Notes under the pieces: model-generated
Database searches by the model: none
What the model was told of the DNA's origin: nothing
What the model saw: only the letters and a program-made list of their open reading frames with translations
Made by a program: the position numbers and the translations under genes
Shown here: in pieces, positions 50,494-64,000 of the stretch
Layout of the letters: the number at the start of each line of letters is the position of its first letter
How positions within the stretch are numbered: position 1 is the first letter of the stretch
From: Bugula neritina
Taxonomy: Eukaryota; Animalia; Bryozoa
Length of the DNA: 64,000 nucleotides
Reading direction: 5' to 3'
NCBI GenBank assembly: GCA_964035545.1
Contig: OZ037765.1
Span: forward strand, 31,433,504-31,497,503

Positions 50494-53400
50494 TCATAAA
50501 TCATGTTCCTGGTAGGTTCTGGGAGCTCCGCGCAGCATAGGGTCATCCTCACTAGCTGGTCTGAAGTCTAACGGGTCAGATTTCCCGTTGCTGCTGGGAG
50601 ATGCTGCCCCGGTGCTGCTGTCCTGATCGGTGTCTTCTACAGACGTGGCTTGGAAATACCTTCTGGGCATGACATGTCTACAAAGTAAACCAACCATACA
50701 TTACACAATTACACAGACTGATTAGAAACTAGTAATGCTCTGCAGAGTATGAAATGAAATTAAAACTTGTTGTCTGGGTCTACTGATAGATTGATCTCTT
50801 CGCTGAACCACCAGCAATGTTGCATCATGTTGCATTACTTGTGGTAAAAGAACTAATTGATCGTGAAACTTCAGCTGGTTGAAATAATATAATTATTTTA
50901 CATTTGTTTCAAGTGTCAACTATTTAAACGAGTGAGCAGCTAGAAAGAATGCAAAGGTCAAGTTTGTTAATGTAGTATTCATAATCAAATGATGTCTTCT
51001 TCAGCAGAATGAATTTAGTGTAACTCAGTTGTCACAGCTGTCAACAAATATTACTAAAAATGGCGATCTTGATCACAGCTGCTGTCCAAGCTTCAATTAA
51101 CTTCTGACAGCCATAAATTAGTTATTATTTAAATAGAAAAGTTTTTGGCATAATATTGAATGCTTTCCCTGTTTTGCTTGTACACATTGTTCTGAGCTTT
51201 GCAATGCATTGAAAAACAGTGCAGAGTTCACACCAACTCTTGTGAATTACTAATCAATCTCTGGTGCCAAATTCAGGCCAGAAGAGACGCTTTATATTAT
51301 CATAAACCAGGCTTCCAGTTTTTGTGAAACCATGGCAACTCAAGCTCCTGACTGTTCTTGTCTAATGAATTCATTATGCTAAGTATGAAAGAATAGAATG
51401 ATTCAACCAGAAACTGTATAAATGGAAGTAACTCATTGAATGAACATGTTGGTTAGTAGTACCTGTACTTTTTAGTCCTCCAGAGATAAACTGCAAATAG
51501 TACAGTCAGTACAATGAATATGATGAGGAACACGGCAAGCACGATGGCTGCTATGTCACCCGCTGACAGACCAGTTTGAGGAGTCATGGATTCTGTAGTT
51601 GGCGCCATTGTGGTGGTTGGCTTCTTTATCATCTCTGGGTATATGGTGCAATCGTTCTCTTTTTTTCCATTTGTCAGTTCCATAGTGACGCAAATCTATA
51701 AAAAACAGCCCTGGCATGCAAAACCAACTAACTTATTGTTGCACTATTTTGTCTTGTTTGAATAAGTGGTTTTGTGACTCAACAGATAAATAAAACAGGT
51801 TTTATAGTAAATACCCACCTTGTATATTTGTTCTTGCTGTACCACGGGGAGGGTTATAGGCTGTTGGATGGTAGTCACTGATGCGTTGTATACAATGGTT
51901 CCAGTCTCAACCTCTGTCTGACTGAGATATACTAATTTGACGGAGCTGGCCGCTGCCTGCACATTCCAGCTCCATGTCACGTTGAGGGTACCGTCAACAA
52001 GACCAGAGTGTTTCACATGGAGGCCAAAGCAGTCATTTGTGTTCAGTGTTTGGCAGTTCTCGGAAACTACATTATCCATATACCTACCTTCCACAGATTT
52101 AGGATAGTGGCAATAGTCATCGAGAACAGGGGCGCTAATGCTATTATCCCGAACTCCTCTGCCATTGATGCTGGCTGTGAACTCTAGAAGCCATAGCAAA
52201 TCGCAATCACAAAGCAGGAGATTGTCTTCAAAATGAAATTGCACGAGGCGATCTAAATTAGCAAAGGAGCAGTTTTTTAATGTCACCAAAGCATTTCCTG
52301 TCAGACTCAGTTTCTTCAACATATCCAATCCATTAAAGGCTTTGTCAGCAATGTTGGTCAGTAAGTTGTGCTCCAAAGAGAGCTCGTTTAGAATTGTCAT
52401 CCCGTGAAAAGCTGAAGATTCAATGTTTACCAAAAGGTTACCATCCAGGGACAGCTTCGTCAGCCTGATCATCAGGTTGAAAACTCCTGGTGACAAACTT
52501 TCGATCAAATTATTGGCAATACTAAGTTCTTCCAGAACATTCTCATCCCAGTTCCTAAGAAACTCCAAACTGGATATTTGATTATTATTCAAATTTAATA
52601 TGACAAGTTTTTCCAAATCCTTGAAGGTGTTCACGTTTATATCAGCTATCATGTTATGATTCAGCAGCAAATGGGTCAGTTTGTCATTCAAACCAGCAAA
52701 TGCTGCCCCAGCTAATGAGGTTAACCTGTTGTGCTCAAAATTTAGTGTGAGAGTTGCAGACTTTGGAGAAATGGAAGAGTAGGCCTGGAAACAGTATTTC
52801 TGGATATCTTTGAGTTCGTTATATGAAACATCGATTACAGAAATGCTGTTGAGAACAACTTTGCACAGGGAGCGAAGATATTGCAGCCTGTTTCCACGAA
52901 GTGATAAAGATTCAAAGTTTGAGAGGGGAATTAGCGATTCCAGACCTTTATCCAGATTTGTCAGTTTATTGAATCCTAAGTCAAGTGACTTTAAGGACTG
53001 CATGCCTTCAAAAGCTTCTGGACCAACAGTGACTATTCTGTTGTCAGAGAGATCTAGAGACTCTACCCTGGTGGAATCCCCAAAACACTGGTCCTTCAGA
53101 TTGGCTATGCCATTTCCAGCATAAGACAGAGTGATCACATCAGCAGTGTGGATAAAGCAAGGAGAAGTAATTTTGTTTCCACTTAAATCGAGATTATTCA
53201 GCCTAATGAAATCCTTCAAAGCTAACTGAGGAATAGAGCCGATTTGGTTTTTGCTCATATCCAAATTTGTCAGCCTCGTTTCCAGACCAGCAAATGTGTT
53301 TTTATTCAGCTTCGTAATTCTATTTGAGGAGAAATCTAGGATGTCAAAGTGTTTCATAAAGAGGAAGTAGTAGTCTGGGATAGACGTAATAGTGTTGTGT

Positions 53401-53612
53401 GAGAAGTTCCCGGAGACGTCCCCTTCTTGGAGAGTGTGGTTTCTTTTGCTCGGTACTGAACTTAAGCCAGAGTACTGACAGTCTATTTCATAGCGCTTTG
53501 CTAGAGGGTATTGGCATGCACATTTGGGCAGTGAGATGAGGTCGCAACTGGAGTCTGCATATCCAACTAGTGTTGCTAGCAATGTGAAGAGCAAAATGCT
53601 TCCTCGCCACAT
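50494..53612 (-). CDS. Single-pass LRR membrane protein (signal peptide, LRRNT, tandem LRRs, LRRCT, FN3-like domain, Thr-rich stalk, TM, short tail), ~736 aa. Exons 53612-51819, 51695-51463, 50677-50494
   Basis: Features seen: N-terminal hydrophobic signal, CxC...C LRRNT, repeated LxxLxLxxNxI, NLLLCDCDLLW...CHYP LRRCT, LNVTW...YKICV FN3-like strands and TM IAAIVLAVFLIIFIVLTVLFAVYLW. Splice phases are consistent. Confidence 0.92.
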
Positions 53613-56600
53613 CTTTCACTCCCTCAGAACTCGATGGTAGAGAAATTCAAAATCTGCAGAAATAAAAGCAATTATTAGATTTTCCACTAAACTCTGAATG
53701 AGCCTGAATTTTGAACACAAACTTTTCTATAAGCACATTAACATAAACTCTAAAACTTGGAGTTGCAGTTGTGAGAAATCTTGCAGGCTAGTTCACCTTA
53801 TCAGCAGTGCAATAAACGTCAAAGGTTAGTGCAAAAGGAGCATAGGTCTACATTACAGCCTCAACACCGATGTGATAAGGAAAGTTGCAGGTATAGTATA
53901 AATCAGCCACCTGTTGCCTAGTTTAGAAGACTAGACCTATAATAATAAACTCTTATCTTTCCTATTAAATTGAGACTAGGATCCCTTTCAATAGCTACAA
54001 TACAATGCATATTTCAACTCATGTTATCTAGAATGTAAATCTGCATGTAATGCTACACTAGTCTTATGTTTAGTGCTGAATCTGAACATTACAATCATTT
54101 GTCTCCCTAATTTGACTCCAGAAATTCCGATAACATCCAAACTATGTGTTGAAAAAAGTTGGTTGTTTTAGCAAATATGGCTCGGCTGAATGACTTATGC
54201 CCCTCCCCTTTTCACCCCTATCATGCAGTAACAATGGCCACCAAAGTTGCCGGCTGCGAGACAATTTTGCAGCAACAAGTCATTCATTATAACCATGAGT
54301 GAGGTTTTACTTCAATCTTCAGTTTATATCTGTGAGTAGCCAGCATTACTAGCTGATGAAATGAGACTACACATTATTGTCTATTTCATTTTGTGGTCTG
54401 GAGGCCAATAAAAGAGGCCACACTGTGGTCAGCAGCCAATGAAATGTGCATCAAGTTACAAGTAGCCGTATCGCGTATCGGTCGTCTGGTATACAGCAGA
54501 CGACTAGGCAGAGCGAAGAGTAGATAGCGTAACTACACGAGGCATTCCCTAATCACTTTATAATGTACTTTATATAGCAAAGACACTGTCTCCGGTCTAG
54601 GTCTAATCTGGTCAATGCATTACAGCTAATCAACTAGGATTAGTGAATATGAGTCAGTGTTTGCATGAACCAAGACATGTCATAAAATTTCACAACAAAA
54701 GTGCAATTGCTACATCTCAACATCAACTTTGATAAAGAATTATAGCGGATGAAGGCTGACCAGTGCTCGACCAGCCACTCGCTGAATAGATGCAAACTTG
54801 CACCAGATTTCTGCTTACTCCATAAACATGTATTACAATAATTCACTGTATATCACAACTTTCAGGTAAAACTAATGGAGTAGGTTCAGCAGCATACAGA
54901 CTTTAGTTCTGATAAGACTTTTTATTGAAATATGCAAAACAGTTCACTTATATAGATACATTTCCATTTGAACTTCTAGCAGGGGATGGAAGAGTAAAGG
55001 GGATGAATTGACGAAATGTGTTTATAATCATTGGCTAACAAATAAATACGTGACCTGGTTACCCTTGTGACTACGTAATTCACAGACATGTCAAGGTATG
55101 AATTCTCAGCTATATTACTGGTAAAGATTTGATTAGACCTAAAAGAGTGAACCCAGTTATGTTGGTTATGTCCAGCACTACATTCCCCCTTCCCCAATAT
55201 AATAGATTTCTATTGAGAATTTTATATTACTGCTCAACAACATTACGCAATATTCCAACAGATGCACAGCTGGATACTGAGTAGTGCTAAAGCCAAGTAT
55301 ATATTACTATGATGCTTCAGAGGTGGCATATGCTTATTTGATTCAACTTAAACTAAATCACAATAAATCAACTAGACTTTCTGAGTAAACATAGACAGGT
55401 TTTCACAGGTATGTAAATAATATTATGGAGTGCAGCAAGCCTGCCCCAACAAAATGGAGTATTAATGATATTGTATTTGGTAGTGATGGTACTTCATGCA
55501 CTGTTGTACAAGTACCTATTTAAATGCCACGGTCTGAACTAATAAATAAATCTACTAGAGAGATTACAGTGAACTCGAAAAGATTAGATATAATGCAAGA
55601 AGATGCCCTTGCGTGCCAACATATTGATATTCATATTATACTTGGTCCTGTACTGTATGCACAGGTGGCGATATAAGTAGCTAGAGTTGAGTCTGTAACT
55701 TCCTACAATATGTTTTACCTCATCAACGACTGTATCTGTATTCCTATATGCTGCCATAGATAATATGCCATATTTGCAATTTAGCTATTTTCAAATTTCA
55801 CTATTAAAAAGCTTGTGGCACTGGCTATGCACAAAAGTTAAAGCAAAGCAAAGGGTGTGACCCCCCCCCCCCCCAGTAATGTGCTTGAGTCCAACACTAA
55901 CTATACTAATATAGTAAGTCAAGAGTATACAAAACTCAGTATCAGTATGGCTGTTGAAATATAAATAGAAAACTCAATATAACCTTAACTGCAAGCATGT
56001 TAATATAACTTTACAGTTGTTAAAAATATATTGAGACAACTTGAAGTTCTGATCACTAATGGGTAGTGGCTAAGCCTAATGGTTAATGCATTTTATTTTT
56101 TATTTAGCCTTCAATTTTATGAGCTTAAGTTGAGGTATAACGTTTTATGAAATAGTTATATTTTTATTATACTGAATTTAATAGTAATTTTATGCTGTTG
56201 ATGGCCGAGAGAGTCAAAATGTGAATGGTTAATCACAATTGAAGTTAATACTCCTACTCCTAGTCAATGCCATAGTCAATGTCATACTGATACTTATCTA
56301 TGTAAGTTTGTACTGCCAGTTTATAATGTGAAGCATTGCCATATAAATTATATTAGCTAGTTTTGAAGTTGGTACATGTTAGCAACACCATGATTCATTG
56401 AATATATCACTTTAAGGTCAATACTCACAAATAGATCTTAATCTTTAGATGTAATCTCTATCTTGCAGTAACTCTAACTGTTATCCAAAAGCTTGGAGTT
56501 GAACCTGATATTTCTGAATTTCTGTTTTTTTGACCATTAAGTTTAACTTAGTATCTTTAGAAAGATTTAAATATTTCCCAGGTGCATAGACCACTATGTC

Positions 56601-57726
56601 CCTGTTGCCTACGATTTCTCCAAGTCCAAGAGCTTTCTGCTAGCTATTTTACAAAATAATCTATTTCAACACCACCATACAGTTATTGCTTCGATCTACA
56701 CATGTCGGTTGCATTGTTTGATTTCAAATTGACAGGTGCTTGCAAAGCCCCGCCTCATATCACACGTATCACGCCTTCTTGTAAACAGGAAATGGTGTAC
56801 TGACATAGCGTCAAACTTCAAAATACACAATCTAATAGTAACGTTACGCTCACATCTCAAATAATCGCATCGCCCATTAGTCAAAAGCTCTTTGAAAATC
56901 CATGGCTAAAATTTCTAAGAACTTCATCTACATGTACTTCTAGTGATCATCTACATCACTATTTTTTTCTCTGTAACTTTTAAAATACTTTTTTGTCCAT
57001 TACTTCGACTTTGAGTTTGACATTCAAATGTTTTATATTTAATTGATAAATAAATTATATATTAATATATTGCAATAGCAATTTGTATATGAATATTCAT
57101 GTTGATATTCATATTTTTGCTTGATATTTTTTATAAATGAAATATTTATATTATTTTAAAAATAATACCATTACTAATAGTAATGCTAATAGTAAATCAA
57201 AATGAAAATGTAATTAGTATTACTACAATATATATGTTTTATCAAACTGCGACTTAGTGTCACCTTGATAAAAATTAATCATTATAATATTAAATTATTA
57301 CTATTAGTATTAGTATTACTATTAGTATAATCGTATTACTATTGACATTGTATTACTATTAGTATTACTCACTATGACTATTATTAATAGTAATACTATT
57401 AGCCTTACTAATACTATTAATAATACTGTATTAGTATTATTACTAAACTTATAGTTATTACTTGATAGTTGATACTGATAGTTATACTTATGCTGGTTAT
57501 AACATTAACTAATAAACGATCACTCTGACTATGAGCATGAGACTCGGACTGGGTATAAAATTAAAAGTCAATGTGAATGCAGGATTTAGAATTCAAATAT
57601 TAGTTTACTTTTTAGTATACTAATACTGATTGATTTAATATAAGTATAATCATTTATATTGATATATTTGAAAAAAATTGAAATAAAATTAGTAATACTT
57701 ATTAATAGTGAATTGAGATAAACAAC

Positions 57727-60700
57727 ATGAAAGATTCAGACGACTCTTCGGAAGTTGAACCTCTCGTTCCGGAATCAGAAACCGAATACCATGTTGATGT
57801 TGATGTTAGACAAACTAGTAGCATTAACGATAGAGCTTACTCCAGCGCAAATCAAGTTACGCCTCAACATTTTATTAGAGATCTCAAAGACTTAGAGATT
57901 GTAGCTATATTTGTGGTAGCTTTTGATACACGGCATGGTAAGCGCAATGTAACTTTGAAATGTTTTGTAATTTATTAGTCATATTCAGTTTAAATAAAAA
58001 ATTATGTTTAGTAAACCATCATATTTAATTTTAAACACATTGTATTATTATAACAGCCTTTTTAATAGTACCTCAATTCTTGTTAAAGTTTGCTCATGTT
58101 TTTGAAAAATGGCAAAAGTCAATCAACTTCTTTATAGTGCAGAAAAAATTCTACCAAAGAGTATCTTTTTTATAAAAAAATTATTAAACATATATGTTTC
58201 CGTCTCCACGTTCATATCTCTATGTTACACAGATCATCTTGAAACATTTACAAACAGTGTTGGACAGTTATAAATCTAGCTGTCTTGTAGGGAATGTGGT
58301 CGAATGGGCAAAACCAGAATTTATGAAGCAACAGTTGAGTGGACTGGAATTCAAAGCTATGCCTAGTGGAGCCCATAATATTGATAATGACACAGTGTAT
58401 GTTTTGTTGTTTTATAAATATTTAGTAATTTAATTTACATTGTTTTTACTTATTACCAATTTTTTATATTACTAATAATTGGTGTGTTTAGAATTTAGAT
58501 AGAAAGTACCAAATAATGCTATGATTTTGAAGCTAATAGCTGGTTATTTGTAACTTCTGTATTTGTCTATTAATATTCTCCACCGGTTTTAATGCTCAGA
58601 CAATGCAAGTTGTTTCACTACTATTGTGTTATATACCTGCAGATACCTGTACGATGCCAACCTTTACGGTGTGGCGTCTTACTCCAAGATGTTTGTACAG
58701 AATGCTGAAGAAAGAGGGGTGAGGATGAGATCTGTTGGCGTACTATTACATAATCATCATTTACTGCATGTGCATCAACATCAGCTCACCAACCTTGTCA
58801 GGTATGACTCATTTAACTCATACTAAATACACTTCCTACTAGCACTATATTCCCTCACTTAGTATGTCTGTTATTGCATGGTAACACTGTAAGGCTGTGA
58901 AAAGAGAAATATCTTGTCTTATCAACTCTATCGATAATGTTTGATGGTTTAAATCATGCTTGAAAATGGAGCTGCTGTATTATCAGGGAAACTAAAGAGA
59001 AAGAATACATAAATGTTTTTGTTGTAATCTGATAGTAAAATTTTGTAAGTTGTAGACTTTTTTCCAATTGTTTTTGTGTTGGTCATGTTTACTGTTGGCA
59101 CAGAATCAGTTAAAATTGGATGCCCTTTGTGACATCACCAATAGTCCAGCTGTGGTTTAATTTACCAATTTAGCATGTGTACCATACTAGACCAACAACC
59201 CTCACAGCTGGACCACGGCTACTCTCTATTATAGCAGTTTGAGTAGGGCCACACCTGTATTTTCCCAGGCGAAAATTTAAACCACAAGTAGAACAGGTGT
59301 CCACTGTAGCGTCAGTGAAATCGAAAAACTACTAGCTAATAATATTTGCGTTGAACTTTACTGCTCGCCTTGTTGCTATGGCTAGGGCGGGATAAATTAA
59401 GTTTTCATTTTTAAATCGCACTCGCTTTCAATAAAACGCAATTCATTGAAATGTAGCACTAAATTAAGAAAAGTGGGCTCGCTAAATAACAATTAGGAGA
59501 CGATTCGCACTTGCATTCAGAATGCTGAGCGACAAGTGCGAATATTTTCTCAACGCATACAGTGGACACCTTTGCTACTTGTGGTGCAAAGTTTCGCCTG
59601 CGAAAATACGCACCGTGTGGCACTACGCTTCAAGTTTTATTTTCAAGTATTGTATTTGCAGTGGTTCTGCTACATTACGTGGAGTTGTCACACCATAGTG
59701 CAGTCGGTTGTTTCCGACACGTACTGAGGCTATATTTCTATCATGTCAGTGTTGATATATTAAGTCAAGGAGTTGTATGAATCTCAGTAAATAGATTGGA
59801 AATGCATTATAACAGAATATTGCATATTCAAAGGTATGTACTAGAGAATCCCGGTGACTACACACAACTAGAAAAGTACTATCAGAGTTGGACTGGAGAC
59901 TATCTTATCACCAACTCTCACTATCTCTCATCACTCGATGTGAGTGTGCAGTCTGTCATTCAGTCCTTTATCATGTATCAACTTCTTTATACAGTTTGTG
60001 TGACTTATATGTATATACAACACCCAGTTGCTTGCAGTTCAAGAGTTCACATTCAAGATAAGTGCAAGGCAACACTGGTAGATCAACATCAATTGGTTTT
60101 GTGTTGTGTTGATAAGAATTTATTTTTAGCTGATTTATTTTTAGCTATGTTCTCTTTATTTAAAGTTTTTTGTTTAGTTCTGCAGAAAGTAAACTATTTT
60201 AAAATTTCCAGTTGAATACCAACAGCAGTATTGCTTGATGTTTGAAAACTTTTTTAAAATTAAATTTTTTTGTTAAAAAAATAATTGAATAATAATAATT
60301 GTATTATTAGCACATATAAGAAAAATAGAATGATCAACTATCAATGAATGCTAATGGTTATGAAGTAGCTGCATTCTCTACTACTGTTTATTGTAGTTAC
60401 GTTATCCTGGAAGATATTTTGAGAAATTGTTGTCTTCTCTTGGACCTTTACTGTTCACTCTATGGAAAGCTATGTTGTTACGGAAGAGACTGCTGTTCTA
60501 TTCACCTCCCCCTGCAGCTGACTTATGTCATTTGGGTTTGTAATCTGCTGCTTTACACTCTTTAAACTCTTTCAGTTAGATTTAGTAAATTGTGATAATT
60601 TAAATATGTATTGTAAACAATATAACCACATTTTATTTAGTATGAGTTTTGTTTACTTTAATTCAAGTGTTGTGTAAAGTGGTTGCTGAGAGGTAAGAGC

Positions 60701-62119
60701 TACTGTTTTGTAACAAAATTTGTCCTGTTGAGCTCAGATTGAATTATACTCTGATAACATGGGTTAGTGTAGTAAGGCTGTGATTGATTATTTTTGCTCC
60801 CTTAGATTATGGTGGTATGTATTATACTGGTTTATTCTCTAGTTGTTAAATATATATGTATATATATAATTGTTTTAGACTGTTATAGCTGCAGCTATAA
60901 ATCTTGTCATTGATGTCTCGTGTTTATCCAGATGTTGATTAGAACTTTCTAAAATTGCATAAATACTAGTAGTACCAAATACATTAGATTTAACAATTTT
61001 TTTATAATATTTTAGCAACTTATAACGGATATAAAACTAATATCCAGATTAACTTGTAAATCTCTGATTACTAAAATTACCCAGTCTCTGCATGATATGC
61101 TGGTGGATGCAGTTGCGTTATGTTCTGTATTGTAGTGTACTGTGCTAATTTCCTGTTGACTCACTCGGAGAAGCTGAGAGGAAACTCATGCCGTCCGTAT
61201 TACTTTGTGAACATAGCCGATACTAACATTCTGTCGAAGGAGTTGTCTTATATAGCTTGTAAGTCTGTGGAATACTAATAGTCATCTCAAACATGCATTG
61301 AGTATATCATTTTATTTTATTATAATACTTCCTCAGTTGAACATTTCAGTTGCAGCAGATAAACCTTGACTTTAGGTGAGCTAAAGCTTATGATAAACAC
61401 TATATTATAGCTTTTAGATGTTCTTTGTCAATACAGTTGCCTTTGAAGTTGCTAGATACATTTGCCTTCTAAGTTGCTAGATACATTTGCCTTCTAAGTT
61501 GCTAGATATAATGTCACAATAAAATAATCTGTGTTTAGGTACAACAGAGAAGGTAATGGAGACCAAGTCTGATATATACGACCTTTACATAGACAATGGT
61601 GCCGTAACTATCACTTCTGATAAACTGAAATCACTCCTTCGAGTTACTAAAGGGGATAGAATTCGTCTCGGCCGTCTATACTCCGCCATCAGGTACTTGG
61701 GCAGTGAGAAACTTGAGTTTTGAAAATTGTTTTACTTTTACCAAAGAATACAAGTAGGTCTAGTTGATTAATTTCATTACAGATTAGATCAGCTGTGTTA
61801 GAATAATGACTTCATAAAGAGCAGGTAACCGTCTTCAGATTAGTCTATAGAATAGTCTATGTGTTGCAGACAACCTGTATCATGTGATGACACGCCCATG
61901 ACAGTGGAAGACAATTTCTACACATTCTTCAGTCAACTGAATCGAGACATAGCCACTAGAATAAATAGACTAAGTATCTCAGACGAGTGTAGACTTAGCT
62001 CACAGGACTTGTCGGACATGGGGCTACACTCTAGTGATTCCCCTTTTCTCAATCACCTATTGGAGAGCCTTGATTTAGATATGGTTGTGAGTTGTAGCTG
62101 CTGCTCATTTATACAGTAA
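57727..62119 (+). CDS. DENND11: DENN domain-containing protein 11 (KIAA1147/LCHN). Exons 57727-57937, 58291-58396, 58643-58801, 59834-59939, 60397-60535, 61136-61258, 61539-61692, 61870-62119
   Basis: Motifs IVAIFVVAFDTRHGNVVEW, GLEFKAMPSGAH, ERGVRMRSVG, LWKAMLLRKRLLFYSPPP, YFVNIAD, SYIACTTEK and MGL...FL..LLE, with a C-terminal CC. Confidence 0.92.
59243..59626. mobile_element. MITE in DENND11 intron 3
   Basis: Imperfect TIRs GTAGGGCCACACCTGTATTTTCCCAGGCGAAA / TTTCGCCTGCGAAAATACGCACCGTGTGGCACTAC. Confidence 0.65.
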
Positions 62120-63275
62120 ACTGGAGAACTTGTCATGTGGACAGTACAATCATGCTATGTGGGGCAGACTTAGCACGCCCCCAACTAATGTAATAACAAA
62201 GAAGTAGAAGAGTGAAGGCTATTTACACCATTCTATATATACATATATTCTTATAGTTGTTGGTACTTGATATCAGCCTTATATTCTGCTATTATTTTGT
62301 CCATATTTTTTTATGTTGTTTTAAATTTTGTCACTAGACAAGCTACAGTGCCCATTCCAACTGGTGGAGGTGCTAAATGCATTTTAAGTGGTTCTACATT
62401 TAGGAACTAGGGAAGGATTTTGTATTTTCATAAATATATATTATATTATTAATTTTATGGTCTATTATTAAAATTATTGCTGCACCATGTTAGTAAAATT
62501 GTTTTATACTATGAATGGTATTAACTTATTAGGTGCAAGTTTATAATTAAAGCTGTTAAATACGCATAACAAAACTCTGTTGAGTGGCAATTCTTTTTTT
62601 ATAACAAAACCCGGGGTGTTTCACAGGCAATAATTTGAACAGCTGTAAAGATTAGAGGGCAATGATTGGCTACTAGTCAAGCATACGTCTGCTAATGAAA
62701 TGGTTGGTTATTTTCCTTTTTGTTTCTATCATAATGAAGATGAGTAATTCAGAAAACTGTTCAGTTCATCAGACACTCATATTATTTTATTTGAACTTTT
62801 TATTAAATATTGAGATATAATTTTAAAAAATTATTAACAAATTATCAAAATATATATGTGTTACTCAAATTAATATAAATATGGTGACATAAATATAATA
62901 AATAAACTACGGAAGAGCAGCAGTGATCTCGTAATTTACATGCGGAGATATCTATGATTGCTAGAACTTAGAAGTTTCCAAAAATAAAATAATTGGGAAC
63001 AACACAAGTAGAAAAAGTACTGTATAATTTATCTTGACAATAGGGAAATGTACACTAAAAAATGCCGCGATATTTCATAAACTAGTAGAACTTCTAAAAG
63101 AGTTCAGAGTTGGGGATAACGTTTCCCATCTACAAAGTTCAATCCGGATTTTACCATTATTCTCAAACAATTTATGAAATAAACAACATCAAAATGTTTC
63201 CAGCTGAATGCAACTATTCAAGAGAGAGATTCAAAACTTGAAACCACAGTGTGCAGCATGATAAAACTGTTACAG

Positions 63276-64000
63276 CTACATAAAGCTGCAATCACTTCTG
63301 GAGATACCAGTGTCTAAGAGCTGCAAGCACACTGCTTTAGCTATATAACTGTGAGTACCATCAACCACATCAGATGGGGTGTTGTAGAAAGCCACCCTAA
63401 CTTTATCATCTGATTCTGTAGACTTTGTTTGAGCTTTAAACAATGAGATTGCCTGGGCTAGAATCTTTTCAACAATGATGGCATTCTCAAAACTGACTTC
63501 AGGGTTTCTCTCCAATATCACGGCAACCACTGTCAGCACCTGCATCAATATGAGCTGTATTAAAACTTTGCTGGAATTTAAAATAAATACATATTAATTT
63601 GAAGTTCTTTAAATGATGTTTGCCAAAGCATTTGCTATTCGTATTCATACATACAACAAGTAAGAGATTTGAAGGCTAAGAATGATCATGAAACGTCCAA
63701 TTATTTGTGTAAAAAGCTTTATAACCATGTGAAGAACTTATATCACTAGAAGTAGCAGCCGAACAACTATAGTAATACTTGCAAATGCATCTTTAATTAT
63801 TCACAGCAATAATTAGCTTCAAGTAAGGCTGAAATAACAACTGATTACCAACCTCTACCACTACATGACGATGAACTGGGTCTCTTACAACGCTGAGCAT
63901 ATCTTCAACGAGTACGGCAAAATTCATCTCCTCTACAGTGAGGTGAGACAGAGTGGGTTGCTGGGGTAAATGATAGTCGTAGAGTTGTATTCCCTTACTT
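63276..64000 (-). CDS. PHKB: Phosphorylase b kinase regulatory subunit beta, last two exons (>64000-63853, 63539-63276); partial
   Basis: HLPQQPTLSHLTVEEMNFAVLVED...VVVE|VLTVVAVILERNPE...FYNTP...SYIAKAV, ending in the CaaX motif CSFM. Confidence 0.92.

Noticed and set aside
52810-53124. 104-aa plus-strand ORF
   Set aside because: Antisense shadow of the LRR coding exon.

Overview
AT-rich, intron-rich genomic DNA from a metazoan, probably an invertebrate; the species cannot be determined from the sequence. I assembled the spliced genes by hand. They are ANAPC15 (+), a KIF3B/KRP95-type kinesin-2 (+), HAUS3 (+, spread over ~36 kb), an LRR-FN3 single-pass membrane protein (-), DENND11 (+) and the 3' end of PHKB (-). 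The most striking content is in the 18.6-kb sixth intron of HAUS3. It holds three antisense, tandemly duplicated 3-exon genes, each with its own TATA/Inr promoter, encoding 68-aa secreted cysteine-rich precursors. Each precursor has a near-invariant signal peptide, an N-terminal Gln, a six-Cys WAP-like core lacking one disulfide pair, and a C-terminal Gly (amidation signal) on a separate tiny exon. The same intron contains nested transposons: a decayed Kolobok element with transposase and KolX remnants inside a TA-TSD MITE, plus Harbinger-like, Kolobok-like and 8-bp-TSD MITEs and tRNA-derived SINEs. The next intron contains a palindrome with hammerhead-like cores. Family assignments come from remembered motifs, not database searches.
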